The position numbers were made by a program, and so were the translations under genes. From Azolla caroliniana (Eukaryota; Plantae; Polypodiophyta), in the NCBI GenBank assembly GCA_043228905.1, contig JBHGNT010000003.1, forward strand, positions 6,758,001 through 6,822,000: a DNA stretch of 64,000 bases, given 5' to 3'. The notes under the pieces were generated by a model. The model saw only the letters and a list, made by a program, of their open reading frames with translations, was not told where the DNA came from and searched no databases. Within the stretch, counting starts at the first letter, position 1. Every line of letters begins with the position of its first letter. Below, piece by piece: positions 1 through 11,715 of the stretch.

Positions 1-14
1 TGTTTACTTTTCAG

Positions 15-2812
15 TCATTTCAAAAACTGATCCTTCAAGAAGGGGAAAAATTCGTTTTACTAATTTTTGATACAACTTACAACCAGGGAGTCTATGGATT
101 AGTTGACAATTTAGGTAACAATTTGTAGATGAATGCCATTTGCATACTTTTTTCCAAATGCTCTCTGTGACACATCAATGGACATATTTGAAATGGATAT
201 TGGTGGTAGGCAGCTTAGTAGTGAGATCAATTTTCCAACCGTTTGAGGAGAGTGCATTCACAATTTTTGCGAAGACCTCAAGCTCTGACAATAGTAAGGA
301 CTCTCTTTGCCTTTTTCTGGTCCTAATCATAACGAAAACAGGGTCTGCCATGAAAGCGTGTTTATGGTTTTAAGAAAACTAGAATCTTCTGACAGTTGTA
401 TGCATACAGGCTCAGGATCTCCTGCATATGAGAAGCTTCATGATGTTGTAGTTCCAGCTCTCAAGCTTGTCACTTTGATAGGTAGTTCTAAAGGCCATAG
501 TTCTCATTTTTTTACCTTGAGTTCACACTGAATTACAACATTATGTTAATGTGTTTATGTCAGAGTTATCATCCAAGTGATAGGTTGATTTTTGGTGTTT
601 ATGTTAACATGTTTATGACAGTCTTATCATCAGTTATTTGTGAGGATGAGGAAACAAATTTCTTAAAAAATAAGGCTTCCAGTATGGGAAAGAATTGTAA
701 ATCCCTTTGATACCGATCAAGTACAGCTTATAATGTTTGACTTACCATCTTGGGTTATGCCACTGGCACATAATTAGAAAATAGAAACAAAAAGTAGAAA
801 GTAATAGCATTGAGGATATTATTACCTTAATGTATTATGATTGATGTTTCCCCCTGCTAGGTGTTCTGAAATATTCGATTACAGCCATGCCATGACTACC
901 ACTATATAACTGTGAATAGGTTATATCAAAAAATTTACGAAAAGCAGGAATACCTTTACTCCTTGCGTCCACTATAGGTCCATCTCCCTGTTCTTCTGAC
1001 ATGAGTGGTCACAGTTTTTGAGAGCATAGAATGGACTTTTGCACAGTTTTCTAGGTACACTATATACAATGAAACTGTAGGCACACCATAAGCCAAGTAC
1101 ATACAGTGCTGTGCTGGCTGTCGGATTTTGTGCATGAATCTGTAGGTATTTCTTTACATAACTAAGTAAACTTTTAACATTTGTTACCCTGAATCTATTC
1201 CTCAGCCCTAATTGGAAGTATATAATCTCTGACCTTCCACCTGACAACTATTAGTATGAACAACCTCATGTATAATCCCTGAGTAAAAGTACAATGATTT
1301 GAGAAATGGAGATTGGAATGTAGGCAGTAGATTTGGTCCTTGCTTCTTTACAGACTGGTTGAGTTTTTGTACAAGTTCTTCCTTGTTGTTGAGATAAGGT
1401 TGTCTCACAAGAGCTTTATAGATCGATCTTAAGTTGGATAAATGATGAAGCTTAGATTTACTGCAGGATTGATTTTTGCGACATTTGGTCCAAGTTATTC
1501 TTATGTCCTCCTAAGGCTTTTATATGGAGCGAGATGGAGTGATGGAGAAGCAGCGACAGCACTAGCTTGCTACTGCTTTTACATATTGATGCTTGCTCTC
1601 AATGGTAACCCCTTCTTTTTATAAAATCTTTTTCTTTTGAGTGTTTCTTATTGATGACAGCAAATGTTTCCATACCACCGCCATGCATCTTGATACTTTC
1701 TCTCAATGGTAACCCATTTGTATATAAATTGTTTTCTTTTTTAGTGTTTCTTATTGCTGACAACTCTCCCTACAACCCCCATAACTGTCCCTGGATCCTT
1801 GTTGCGGAGCTCTAGTGTCATATTGCCATGTTCTTTACTCTTTTTTAATCTAACATTTATATCATGTGGATGATGGCTCTAACTTAGGTTTTATATGTCA
1901 TGTTGGTTTTAGTATTTATTTCATTTCATTTGTCTTTCAGGTACAACAGAAGCATTTTTACATGCTGTTGTGACCAAAAGCCAACTTGCTCGGTCAAATA
2001 TATGGCTAATTGTGTGTTCTGTAATCTACATAACCTTGAGCATTACCCTTATTCACTTAGCTGGAGCTGTTGGCCTCATTCTGGCAAATTGTCTCAGTAT
2101 CCTTCAAGTGATGGGTGAAGCTTAATTTGCTGAACTAAATATTATGGGTATAAGATAGCTTCCTTTTGTTTCCTTAAGATCTGAAGACATGGCACTGCGG
2201 ATAGCCTATTCAATGATTTTTATCAGGAGCTATTTCCAGGTAGGTGACTTCCCCTCCAGAAGTGTTCTATTGCTCAAAATATTCTAGTATTGAAGTGACT
2301 GATCTAAGTTTTTTGGTTTATTCCTCGAACATTACCAATAGGCTTCAGTTCCTTTCCGAATTGGGGAAGTATTTCCACATCCCAAGGTGTTGGCTCTGCT
2401 GTTACTTTCAGTTGGGATTACAATGGCATCTAAAAGGAAGATATTGGATGTCCATAACTTCTGGAGAACTGCACCTTTGCATGTAGGGATTGGTTTAGTT
2501 TGTTTTGCGGTCTTTCTTGGTTTTCTGTATCCTTCATTTGTGGTGAATTTCAGAGTTATGCTATTTTGAACTATATTGATATATAAACACTATCAAGAGA
2601 GTTTTTTTAATTCATCCCAACCTCCTTAGGTAAAGAAACTCTGCGGAATAGTTCCTATTCTGGCCCCTCCATCCACCAACACTCATATCTAGATATATAT
2701 GTTCTTTCAATTCTTACATCTGGAATTTGCTTAACCATATATCTTCAGGTACATATATGAGCGGCCCTTCTTTGCAAAGCTTGCAGCATTTCGCAGGGCA
2801 AAAGTCGAATAG
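15..2812 (+). CDS. RFT1: RFT1 (Man5GlcNAc2-PP-dolichol translocation protein), 3' part; 5' exons lie upstream of the window
   Basis: Phase-consistent GT-AG exons 15-114, 210-293, 410-481, 1467-1604, 1941-2096, 2187-2239, 2342-2526, 2749-2812 (TAG). Translation gives RFT1-type motifs [68 protein letters not shown] and [17 protein letters not shown]. Confidence 0.93.
2097..2186 (+). other. U12-type (minor spliceosome) GT-AG intron in RFT1
   Basis: 5' splice site GTATCCTT; branch-like TTCCTTAAG at about 2170-2178, just before the AG at 2185-2186; no polypyrimidine tract; reading frame is preserved. Confidence 0.85.
2527..2748 (+). other. Second U12-type GT-AG intron in RFT1
   Basis: 5' splice site GTATCCTT; branch-like TGCTTAAC at about 2728-2735, about 12 nt before the AG; splicing yields a plausible C-terminus [21 protein letters not shown]. 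Confidence 0.8.
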
Positions 2813-4531
2813 CATCTTGGATTGCGTTCGACACTCATTCTGTCTAATGTGAATGATCGCATACCACTTTCTTTCTTCCATCCATTTTTCCAACAGACTT
2901 GCATGTCTTACATTGGTTTGAAAAGTAAATCTTAATACATCAACAGGAAAGGTTCTGGTCAAAGAGTTACAACAATCTAGAAGGCAAATTTTTTCATGCG
3001 TCATACCCATATATGCATTTTGCTGTATAGTTCACATATGGAGAAAGTATGGGCAAATAAATTTCAAATATTCCTTGTATTCGAGTCAAATACATTAAAT
3101 CTGGAATGAATGTTTCAAAGATTTCTACAATCGCTCTTTGAGAAATATTTGGAGGGTAACGGATGGAAGTCCATCAGTGAATTTGAACTTTCTGTTCAAG
3201 CTCACAGCTATCATCTTTGGATATAGCTCGTCTGATCTTCAAATGAAAAAGAATATTATTATGTCTACCACAGTTTGAAAATATTTGAAAGTCTGTTTGG
3301 ATATTTAAAATTCCATATTCAAGGATTCATTTGTTGTGGAAATTTCCAAAAGTTAAAAGGCTGAAATGAATTATGATATATGATTCCACATGATAATAAA
3401 GAGAAAAATGCTGTGACAATGAACACACCAATTCTGATTTATTATTATCAAGTAATGGTTATGTTTTATGATGGGGTAGGACCTCTGAGTGGACATATTC
3501 ATGCTTGTGTGATTACGTTTATAATCATCATCATCATTGATTACATGTACCACCACTGCCATCATTGATTGCAATTACTTTCGCTGAGTTCTACGAACAT
3601 GTATTGATGTATGTACATATATTTCGTCTTTGGTGATTAAATGAGCGTAACAATTATATGATTAGATATGATATCTTAATAAGATGTAGATATGTTTGTT
3701 TGTGATTGCTAGAGCAAATGGAAGAGGCCGGCCACGCCAAGTTATCAACAATATTGTGTTCTTATTGAGTCTCCATGAATGGGAGATATTCTTTGAATGA
3801 AAGGTGTGCATATGTGAGCACTCCGAAACATTTATCAGCTCAGGTTCCTGGTGGTCCCACTTCACATTTCATATGCGTGTGCAAATTCTTGTGACAATTC
3901 TTTTGGAATATGCTTCCTATTTAGGATGCATTCCATTACCAGTTTCCATATAATGCTTCATGCTTAGAGTATGGGATATCTCATGATGAAATCTTTACCA
4001 TATGAAGAACAAGGGCAATCATAGCTCCTTCGGTTCACATTGGGCCAATGTTTGGTTTATCAAAAAGTCTAGGCAACAATGCACGATTATCATGCCCTAA
4101 ACCCAAAACCCTAGGCACGTCTTGTTGTTTGCATGATTATCCCAATTCCTGATCTCCTTCGATTTGTAATGCTTTTGAACGTGCTCAGTTTTCATTTTTT
4201 GTATTGATGATGATTTTGCATAATCATTAACTACCTCGTTAGCATTGCTTCATTAAACAAAATAATCAAACAAAAAAAGGGTTGTTCCCTTTTACATTGG
4301 GGTAGCCATTGGGCTTAAAGCTCTAGAGGCAATTTCATTCTAACCCCCCCATTTTCTTCGAGGATTACACTAACTATGTTTAGTAATCTAAGCCAATTGT
4401 CAATAATGTCTTTTAACAGTTGGTCATGTGTGTAGGCAAGGATTTTGGGGATTTGGGATTAGGGTTTAGTGTGACCAATCTAGGCAACAAGGATAGCTCT
4501 GTTCCAGAACAGAGAAAAAAGGAAAGATCAA

Positions 4532-4770
4532 ACTCGTCAGATCGCTCATCTGCCTTCACTGCAGGTGGGAATTATTCACGCTGCAGGACGGTCATCAACA
4601 GCCTCTTTCTTCTTCCTCTACTGAGGAGGAAGGAGAGATTTGAGTGTATTCGCGCTCTGGTAGATGGAGCACATACTTCATCTTCCGAGTAGTGCAGGCA
4701 TTGTCTGAGCAGAGAATTGCTCACACAAGAGGTACGAACTATAGAACAGATCCTGTTCAAGTATAGTCGT
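4532..4770 (-). ncRNA. U3: U3 snoRNA, copy 1
   Basis: Minus strand starts ACGACTATACTTGAACAGGATCTGTTCTATAG (GAC box, boxes A' and A of plant U3). It also has box C' GAAGATGA, box B AGAGCGCGA, box C TGATGA, box D CTGA, terminal stem ACTCG/CGAGT and a T6 run at 4515-4520. Confidence 0.95.
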
Positions 4771-4792
4771 GATAGAGGGGTTCAACTCATGG

Positions 4793-4853
4793 CTTATATA
4801 AAAGCTTCAGCTTTATGAGTGCCTTTATATGTGGGACATTAAACCCTAAACCC
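4793..4853 (-). promoter_or_regulatory. snRNA-type Pol III promoter of U3 copy 1 (TATA, USE, adjacent telo-box)
   Basis: TTTTATATAAG at 4793-4803; USE GTCCCACAT at 4829-4837 (-59 to -67), about 25 bp from the TATA box; AAACCCTAAACCC at 4841-4853. Confidence 0.9.
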
Positions 4854-5402
4854 AAAAGTTTCTATTGGAATAGTGATTGTATGGGTGATTTTAGTAACCT
4901 ACACCTTGTTATCTTCTACGACAAGAAATTTACCCCTTTAGGTATGAATGATTGTTTTATGATTAGGATTTGACAACTACCCGTCTCCACATTTGAAGAA
5001 TGAAGTTCTAACTTGTTACGCCTATAATTGCATCCGTGGAGCGATGGACCATAAAAATCTCATCACTCACACCTTCATCCCAGAAGTGATGGTCAAGCTC
5101 ATTGGCATAAATTCTTAGGGTTCCTACCAAGGGAAATTAGACACTCTTCCTCTTTACATGAGATTCCTTCATTTTGTGAGATGAGGCTTTCGACCCATAA
5201 GATCACTTCCTTCCAATAATCAACAATGTTGTTCTATTAAGTTTTGATTAACCAACCAAAGAGATAAAAGAAAGTTTGACGGATCTAACCAAATTCTTGA
5301 AACATGATGACTTGGATTAATTCACATTTGAAGATGTGCTCATCTATAACAAGCTAATCTACATTCCATATGGTCACGACTCACAATGATGTCGAGGTTG
5401 TT

Positions 5403-6780
5403 TTAATTCATGAACTTAGCATCTAACTTGCTTCTCAACTCAGGCCGCACAAAACCAGCACAACCAAAGATGCATAGTAGGCCATATTAAGTTGGTTTGC
5501 CAGACCAAACCTCTTTAGGAATGCCACTTTTAAGGACATATGAGGGGATCTATTGCAAACATGAACTACAATTTTTAACGCCTCTCCTCAAAATCCATGA
5601 GGGAGATTAACTGTGGACAACATGCATCTCACCCTCTCCCATAAAGTCTTGTTATACCTTTCAACCACACCATTGGAAGAGGGTTTTACGGGGCTATTAG
5701 CTCCCTCTTAATACCAAGATTTTCACAATCTATTAAATTCAGCACTTGTAAACTCACCCCATTATCTGTGTAAGCATTTCAGCTTTCTACTTGTTTGAGT
5801 GGTCATAAATGCAAGAAATTTCTTGGATGCAACAAAGGCTTTATCCTTAGATATTAACAAATATACCCAAAACTTCTTACAGTAGTCATCAACAAAACAA
5901 AAAAAATAAAGAGCAACCCCCATAGATTTGGTGGGCATGTTGCAAATATCAGAATGAACTGATCAAGCAAATTAGGCTTACACAAGACACCAAAGTAGGA
6001 GTTCTTTACTTGCTTTCCATATTGGCATTCATTACAAAAATAAGTTTTGAGCCTTTAGCATCAAACTTGTCCATGTTATATAGTTTATCAAGGCCTTTTT
6101 GGCTCATGTGACCAAGCTTTTTATGCCATAATTCCTTATGTGAATGGATTTCAGCCAAAGCAATAAACTTGCCCATCAAAGCTTACCATGCAAGCAATAC
6201 AGAGTCCCTTTTCTTCATACCTTTAACAATTAGCTTAGAGCCTTTGATAAGCTTTCATGACCATTTCTCAAGGAGGGTAATATAACCATGCATATCCAAT
6301 TGTTCAACAGACATTACACTTTTCTTGATGGTACATACCTTACATCATGCAAAACCAACACATTATACCACCCACTGTGAGATGCATTGTGCCAATACCT
6401 TCAATAGAACAAGCATGGTTATTTACATGATATACATGTCCATGGTTGCTTGCATGAAATGCAGTAAAACACTCCTTAATGGAGTAACATGAAATGATGC
6501 ACCTGAATCCACAATCAATGTTTGTGATTGCCCATCATTCAGAGTAAGCAAGGTATTAACTAGATCCCTCTTTGTAATCTGCATATCCTGTGCATGGATA
6601 AAAACAGATGCACCATTAACTTCAGGATGATCTGTTGCCATAGTAGCACAAAGAATATCTTCTGCATCTAAAGGCTCCTCAAACGATGACACAAGAGGCC
6701 ACATTGGCCTTCTCTTTGTCCTTATCCTTATCCTACTACATTGATAACCAATATGAAGCACCGACAAATATAGCTTACTC
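5403..6780 (-). mobile_element. Decayed Ty1/Copia pol fragment (protease, GAG-pre-integrase, integrase)
   Basis: Minus-strand motifs IVDSGASFHVTP, LWHKKLGHMSQKGL, HSDIC..FVDDY..FWVY and GEFTS, with frameshifts. Confidence 0.88.
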
Positions 6781-7685
6781 AATTTATTGGAATTTACTGG
6801 CTTGGTATAGTATCACAGCTCATGCTAAATTTTCTAATTAACCTTGTGGTGTGGTTTCCTCTATTTAGTTTACACTCCGATCTGTCAACATGCTGATGAT
6901 ACTCTCCATCACAAGCAGATCAAGAAATGGTGGACTATTATGCGTACCCTTTGATTTGAAGCACTGCCAAAACACCAATTTTAGTGTGCGCATGGGCAAA
7001 TCGGTTGAATCGCTGATCCAAATTTAGTGGGCAGCTAGTAGGGTAACCAAAGGTCATCTGCCACATTTACAGGCCTTCATTTCTGCTTGAAATAGGCAGC
7101 TGAGAAAATGCTAGGATTTTGGAGACAGAAAAGGACATACTAGTGGAGTATGGTAGTAGCATGTTCCATAGGCTTCCTAACCCATCAACTGCAGTATAAA
7201 GAAAGAACCATTACAATAGCATCGTGTTCCCTTTGTTTCAGAATAAACCATACAGGAACAATATCAAGATACATTATAAGAACGGGCCAGTGTTTCGGTT
7301 TGAGAAAAAGCCGTATGAGGGGAGCAGTCTCATGTTCCCTTTGTTTCATAACCCAGATATGAAGGTACAAAATACATTCTGAGGGCTCACAAGAATCTGA
7401 GGTTGGGAACAGCACATGATAGGAGAGTAGTATTGAGTTCTCTTTCTTCCCTAACCCATCAATGCCATTACCAACATACATTACAAGAAATGTACCAGAA
7501 TTTCATTCACGCATTGTATTTTGATCCGAATTTGGAGATCCATCCACAACTCCAAAGTTGTGTTTTCGTACAGATGTAACATCATGTGTCCCTAGTACAC
7601 ACACAATGGATGATGCTAGTTCTGTTACTTGCTATATGGCATGTCCAACAGTCGAGACTGGGGAATGTTTTGTTTACACCATAGA

Positions 7686-8268
7686 GAGTGGTATCACATT
7701 CCCTCGATGTCCTAGCAAACCCATATATGCCAGTAGAACATACATTACAAGAGCATACCAGAATTCCAGGCCAAGCAAAGGCAATCGCAGTAAAGTGGTA
7801 TCCTGTTCCTTTTCTTTCCTTGCCCATACATCAAGAGAGTGGTACCAGGTTCCCTTGGTTTCCCATACATTCCAATACAACATACATTTTTACAAGAGCA
7901 TGCCAGAATTCCAAGCCAAGGAAAGGCAATTGAAGGAATGTGGTATCCTGTTCTGTTCCTTCTCATTCCTAGCACATACACCAAAGAGAGAGGTACCAGG
8001 TTCCCTTGGTTTTACCATACATTCCAGTACAACATACATTACAAGAGCCTGCCAGTAGTATTCCAAGGCTCAACCCAAGGAGAGGCCATCCCAGGAAAGT
8101 AGTAGTATCTTTGTTCCATTTCTTTTTACTAGCACATACATTGAATTGATATCACAGAAAGATAACTCGTGAGGTCGCTCAGGAAAGTAGCAGTATCTTT
8201 GTTCCATTTCTTTTTACTAGCACATACATTGAATTGATATCACAGAAAGATAACTCGTGAGGTCGCTC
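7686..8268. repeat. Diverged ~152-bp tandem repeat (about 3 units) followed by an 88-bp tandem duplication (8093-8180 / 8181-8268)
   Basis: Recurring gagtggtaccaggttcccttgg..catacattacaagagc..ccag at about 7686, 7837 and 7990; the two 88-mers are near-identical. Confidence 0.85.
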
Positions 8269-8356
8269 ATCCAGCCTTTACCTTCTCCATTTCGATCGGT
8301 GCAATTTTGCAAAAGAAAAAGGAATCATTACTAAACAAACAAAAAAAAGGGGAATT

Positions 8357-8516
8357 ACTCGTCAGATCGCTCATCTGCCTTCACTGCAGGTGGGAATTAT
8401 TCACGCTGCAGGACGGTCATCAACAGCCTCTTCTTCTTCCCTCTGATGAGGAGGAGGAAGGAGAGATTTGAGTGTATTCGCGCTCTGGCAGATGGAGCAC
8501 ATACTTCATCTTCCGA
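8357..8516 (-). pseudogene. U3: U3 copy 2: promoterless 3' domain only (box C' to box D)
   Basis: Matches the other copies from TCGGAAGATGA to CTGACGAGT; the 5' domain and promoter are replaced by telomeric repeats at 8518-8540. Confidence 0.92.
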
Positions 8517-8517
8517 T

Positions 8518-8540
8518 ACCCTAAACCCTAAACCCTAAAC
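8518..8540. repeat. Short interstitial telomeric tract (CCCTAAA)3
   Basis: accctaaaccctaaaccctaaac lies exactly at the junction between U3 copies 2 and 3. Confidence 0.95.
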
Positions 8541-8560
8541 AAACAAAAAAAGGGGGAATT

Positions 8561-8801
8561 ACTCGTCAGATCGCTCATCTGCCTTCACTGCAGGTGGGAA
8601 TTATTCACGCTGCAGGACGGTCATCAACAGCCTCTTCTTCTTCCTCTGATGAGGAGGAGGAAGGAGAGATTTGAGTGTATTCGCGCTCTGGCAGATGGAG
8701 CACATACTTCATCTTCCGAGTAGTGCAGGCATTGTCTGAGCAGAGAATTGCTCACACAAGAGGTACGAACTATAGAACAGATCCTGTTCAAGTATAGTCG
8801 T
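8561..8801 (-). ncRNA. U3: U3 snoRNA, copy 3
   Basis: All boxes are present as in copy 1; T7 run at 8545-8551. Confidence 0.95.
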
Positions 8802-8823
8802 GATAAAATAGCCCTACTCATGG

Positions 8824-8868
8824 CTTATATAAAAGCTTCAGTTTTATGAATGCGTTTATATGTGGGAC
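8824..8868 (-). promoter_or_regulatory. USE+TATA promoter of U3 copy 3
   Basis: TATA at 8824-8834, USE at 8860-8868 (-59 to -67). Confidence 0.9.
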
Positions 8869-10543
8869 ATTAAACCCATACTAATCTTCAACTTTATCCA
8901 TTCTATTCTTCATTTCATTCTTCAAGAAGGTCGATCAAGTAGAATGGTGTGTATGTAGTACATATATGTGTCTTGTGGAACTTGTTAAGTTGTGGATTAC
9001 CTACTAATCTAGGTGTGCTCACGCATGGATCTGTCTCTCTGATCCGATCCGATCCGGCCTATGTTGATCTTGCTTGTCAACAATATATATTGGGCTATGT
9101 GTTAAATTAAATTGGTATGTGTTGCTTTATGTATGAGTATACATATAAATATATATGAGGAGGGATAAGTGTGTGAATGTGTCCTTATGTATTTATGTGT
9201 GAGTGTGTGAGTGTGTGAGTGAGAGAGAGTGACAGTGTGTGTGTGTGTCTAGATATGTGAATGGGTAGGTTTATGTGTTTGAATTATATATGTGATTTTG
9301 TGCGAGTCTATGGGTAGGTTTATGTGTATTTTAAAATGTAGGTTTATATTTGCAATTGTGTGTGAAGGGATAATGCATGGGGTCAAGCATCAACTCCAGG
9401 TTTGAAGGGTTGAGGGCCTTAGGTCGTGCTTGAGGCTTGGAATTGAGTAATGTGTGAATACTTGAGGGTTGGGTGATCGACCAAAGGTCGAGGGTCAGCC
9501 CCCTTGAGGCTTGGAGGAGGGGGGAGCCAATGCTTCATGGTTGAGTGCTTGAAGCTCTAAGCATCAACTACTGCTCAAGCATTGGGCGCTTGAGGTGCAA
9601 GAATGCTCGAAGGTTGAGATCGAACTAACTGAATGCTTGTATGCCCTATCAACTCATTGAGCTTAAACGTTCACACACATCCTCGTGAGCCCCAAGGGCA
9701 ATGTTTCCATTTGCACTTCTTTGATCCTCTTACAATTCATGTGCTTATGCCTACAAAGCATGAACTTCATCCTATTGGTGGAATCCACAAAGGTTTTCTA
9801 GAACTCGGTGTCATGAGTTCAAACTTCTCTTGCTTGTAGCCTTTCCACGAAGACTCCAAATAACGATTTGAAAAATCCATCGTGATTCCCACAAAATTCC
9901 CTAGAGACTCACACAAAGAGCTACCAAATGCTTAGAGACTAATGAATTTACACTTTTGCCTCCTGTGAATTTACAAGTTTCCACACATAGGTCAACATTT
10001 GATGATCTAATTCTCAATCAAGGAATTCCATGACAATCATCGCTCAACCACAAGTCACATAAAAATATGATAAAACTCGTTCCAAATACATGTATAATTT
10101 AATGAAACTTTACAATAGTTCACAATCAATTCAAGAAGCTCATAGTAAGATGCAACTAAAGTTTCAAATCCTCAATCCCGTGACATGGGGTATATGATAT
10201 GGTTGAATGCAATGAAAATAGATCAAGGAGGATGATAGTGTCAAGAGGATATCCTCAAGTTTTCATGTAGAGAACACGTTTCCCGTTTGTTGCGATAGGA
10301 CTCCTACACAACCTCCCATTCGTCAATAATTTCGTCCACTAGCAAATCTTGGGGGTCCTCTCAACATGCTAATTTCTTGCAATGAGCTTTCCACATCCTG
10401 TTATAAGTTTCAAGAGCCCCATTACCCAACATATCAACTTCATATGTGTAGCACTTAACCTTGTCACTTGACTAACACAAAAGTCATTGCCATCCACATT
10501 CTTTTATAGGTTTCAAGAGCCCCATTACCAATATATCAACTTC

Positions 10544-11296
10544 TAGGGATTGACAATGGCTCGGCTCAAGCCTAAACCGTTTAGCTAAACTGGTTTAGAG
10601 GCTCAACTCGATTTAGGCTTGAGCCTACCTAAACGGTTTGAGTTCCGCACGGCCTTGCTTGAGCCTTGCCAAACCGGCTCAAACCGTTTAAGCCGTTTAT
10701 GTTATTTAAGAATTAGGGTTTAGAAAGTTAGAAATTAGATACTTAGAAGTTCAAAGTTAGAACTTGAAAGTTGACAAAGAGATTGACAGGAAGCCATAGG
10801 CAACATACAACATATTGTTGAGTGACGAGAGAGGGAGGGACAGAGAGGGAGAGAGAGCTCACACAGTGGACGATCAAGGGACCTCCTTGTTGTTCAGTGT
10901 TATATACATTCTTTTGAGAAGGATTGGATCACCGAGAGTGATAGGTCACCATAGCCTCGGGTCTCGTGGTTCGGGTGGTGGGAGGCAGGGTATTCATGGA
11001 TGTCAGCTGACCAATCATAGTAGTCTACAAAGAGGAAGTCGGGGAGGTGGGACTTGGAGTTGAGTTTGACTCATCAGTGGTAAGGCCGAGGGGTGGGAGT
11101 TATGAGGAGGAGAAGAAGAGTAGGAGGAAGTGGAAGTGGTAGTGGTGTTTTTTGGGTATCTTCAGCTTTTTTTTGTCCCAAACTGGTTCACAATCCGGTT
11201 TAGGAATCGGTTTGGTTTGGTTTGGTTTGAGAACCCCAAAACGGTTTAGGCTTTGGCAAACCGGTTAAGCCTAAACCGAATTGTTGCCGATTCCTA
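10544..11296. mobile_element. Non-autonomous hAT-type element
   Basis: Imperfect TIRs TAGGGATTGACAA.. / ..TTGCCGATTCCTA; perfect 8-bp TSD TCAACTTC (10536-10543 and 11297-11304); AAACCG/CGGTTT subterminal repeats. Confidence 0.9.
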
Positions 11297-11715
11297 TCAA
11301 CTTCCTTCGTGTGGCACTTAACCTTGAACACTTGGCTAACACAAAAGTAAAAATCGCTTTCCGTTTTTACGAAATATCTCGACCATATTATATCTTTTAC
11401 ATAACGAGTAAAAAGGCAACTTTCGCTCTCGATTATCCCTACCGAGATTCGAACCTTGCACCTTATCATTCCAAGAGTTTTTGTTCTTACACGTTTGAAC
11501 TAAGTATATGGTCATCATCATCATCTTCTTCTTCTTCTCCATTGTGCAGTTTCTTCTTGGTACTTCTTCTTACCATAACCAAATCTCTCAGATTAAGCTC
11601 ACAACAGGAATCCATACATGCCAGGACAACCAGCATACATCAGAAGAGGAAGCCAGATCACAAGAGGAAGTGAAGAAGACAGAGATCAACACAAGAAAAA
11701 GAACAAAAATGGGGA

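Larger units (their letters stand above)
4532..5400. repeat. Segmental duplication (about 870 bp) shared with 14874-15745, containing U3, its promoter and upstream flank
   Basis: Near-identical sequence from the U3 3' end to ...cacgactcacaatg(a/g)tgtc(g/a)aggttgt at both places. Confidence 0.95.

Noticed and set aside
8357-8880. Telomerase RNA gene (USE/TATA promoter near telomeric repeats)
   Set aside because: The transcribed strand carries G-rich TTTAGGG outside the transcript rather than an internal C-rich template, and the RNA has all the U3 boxes.
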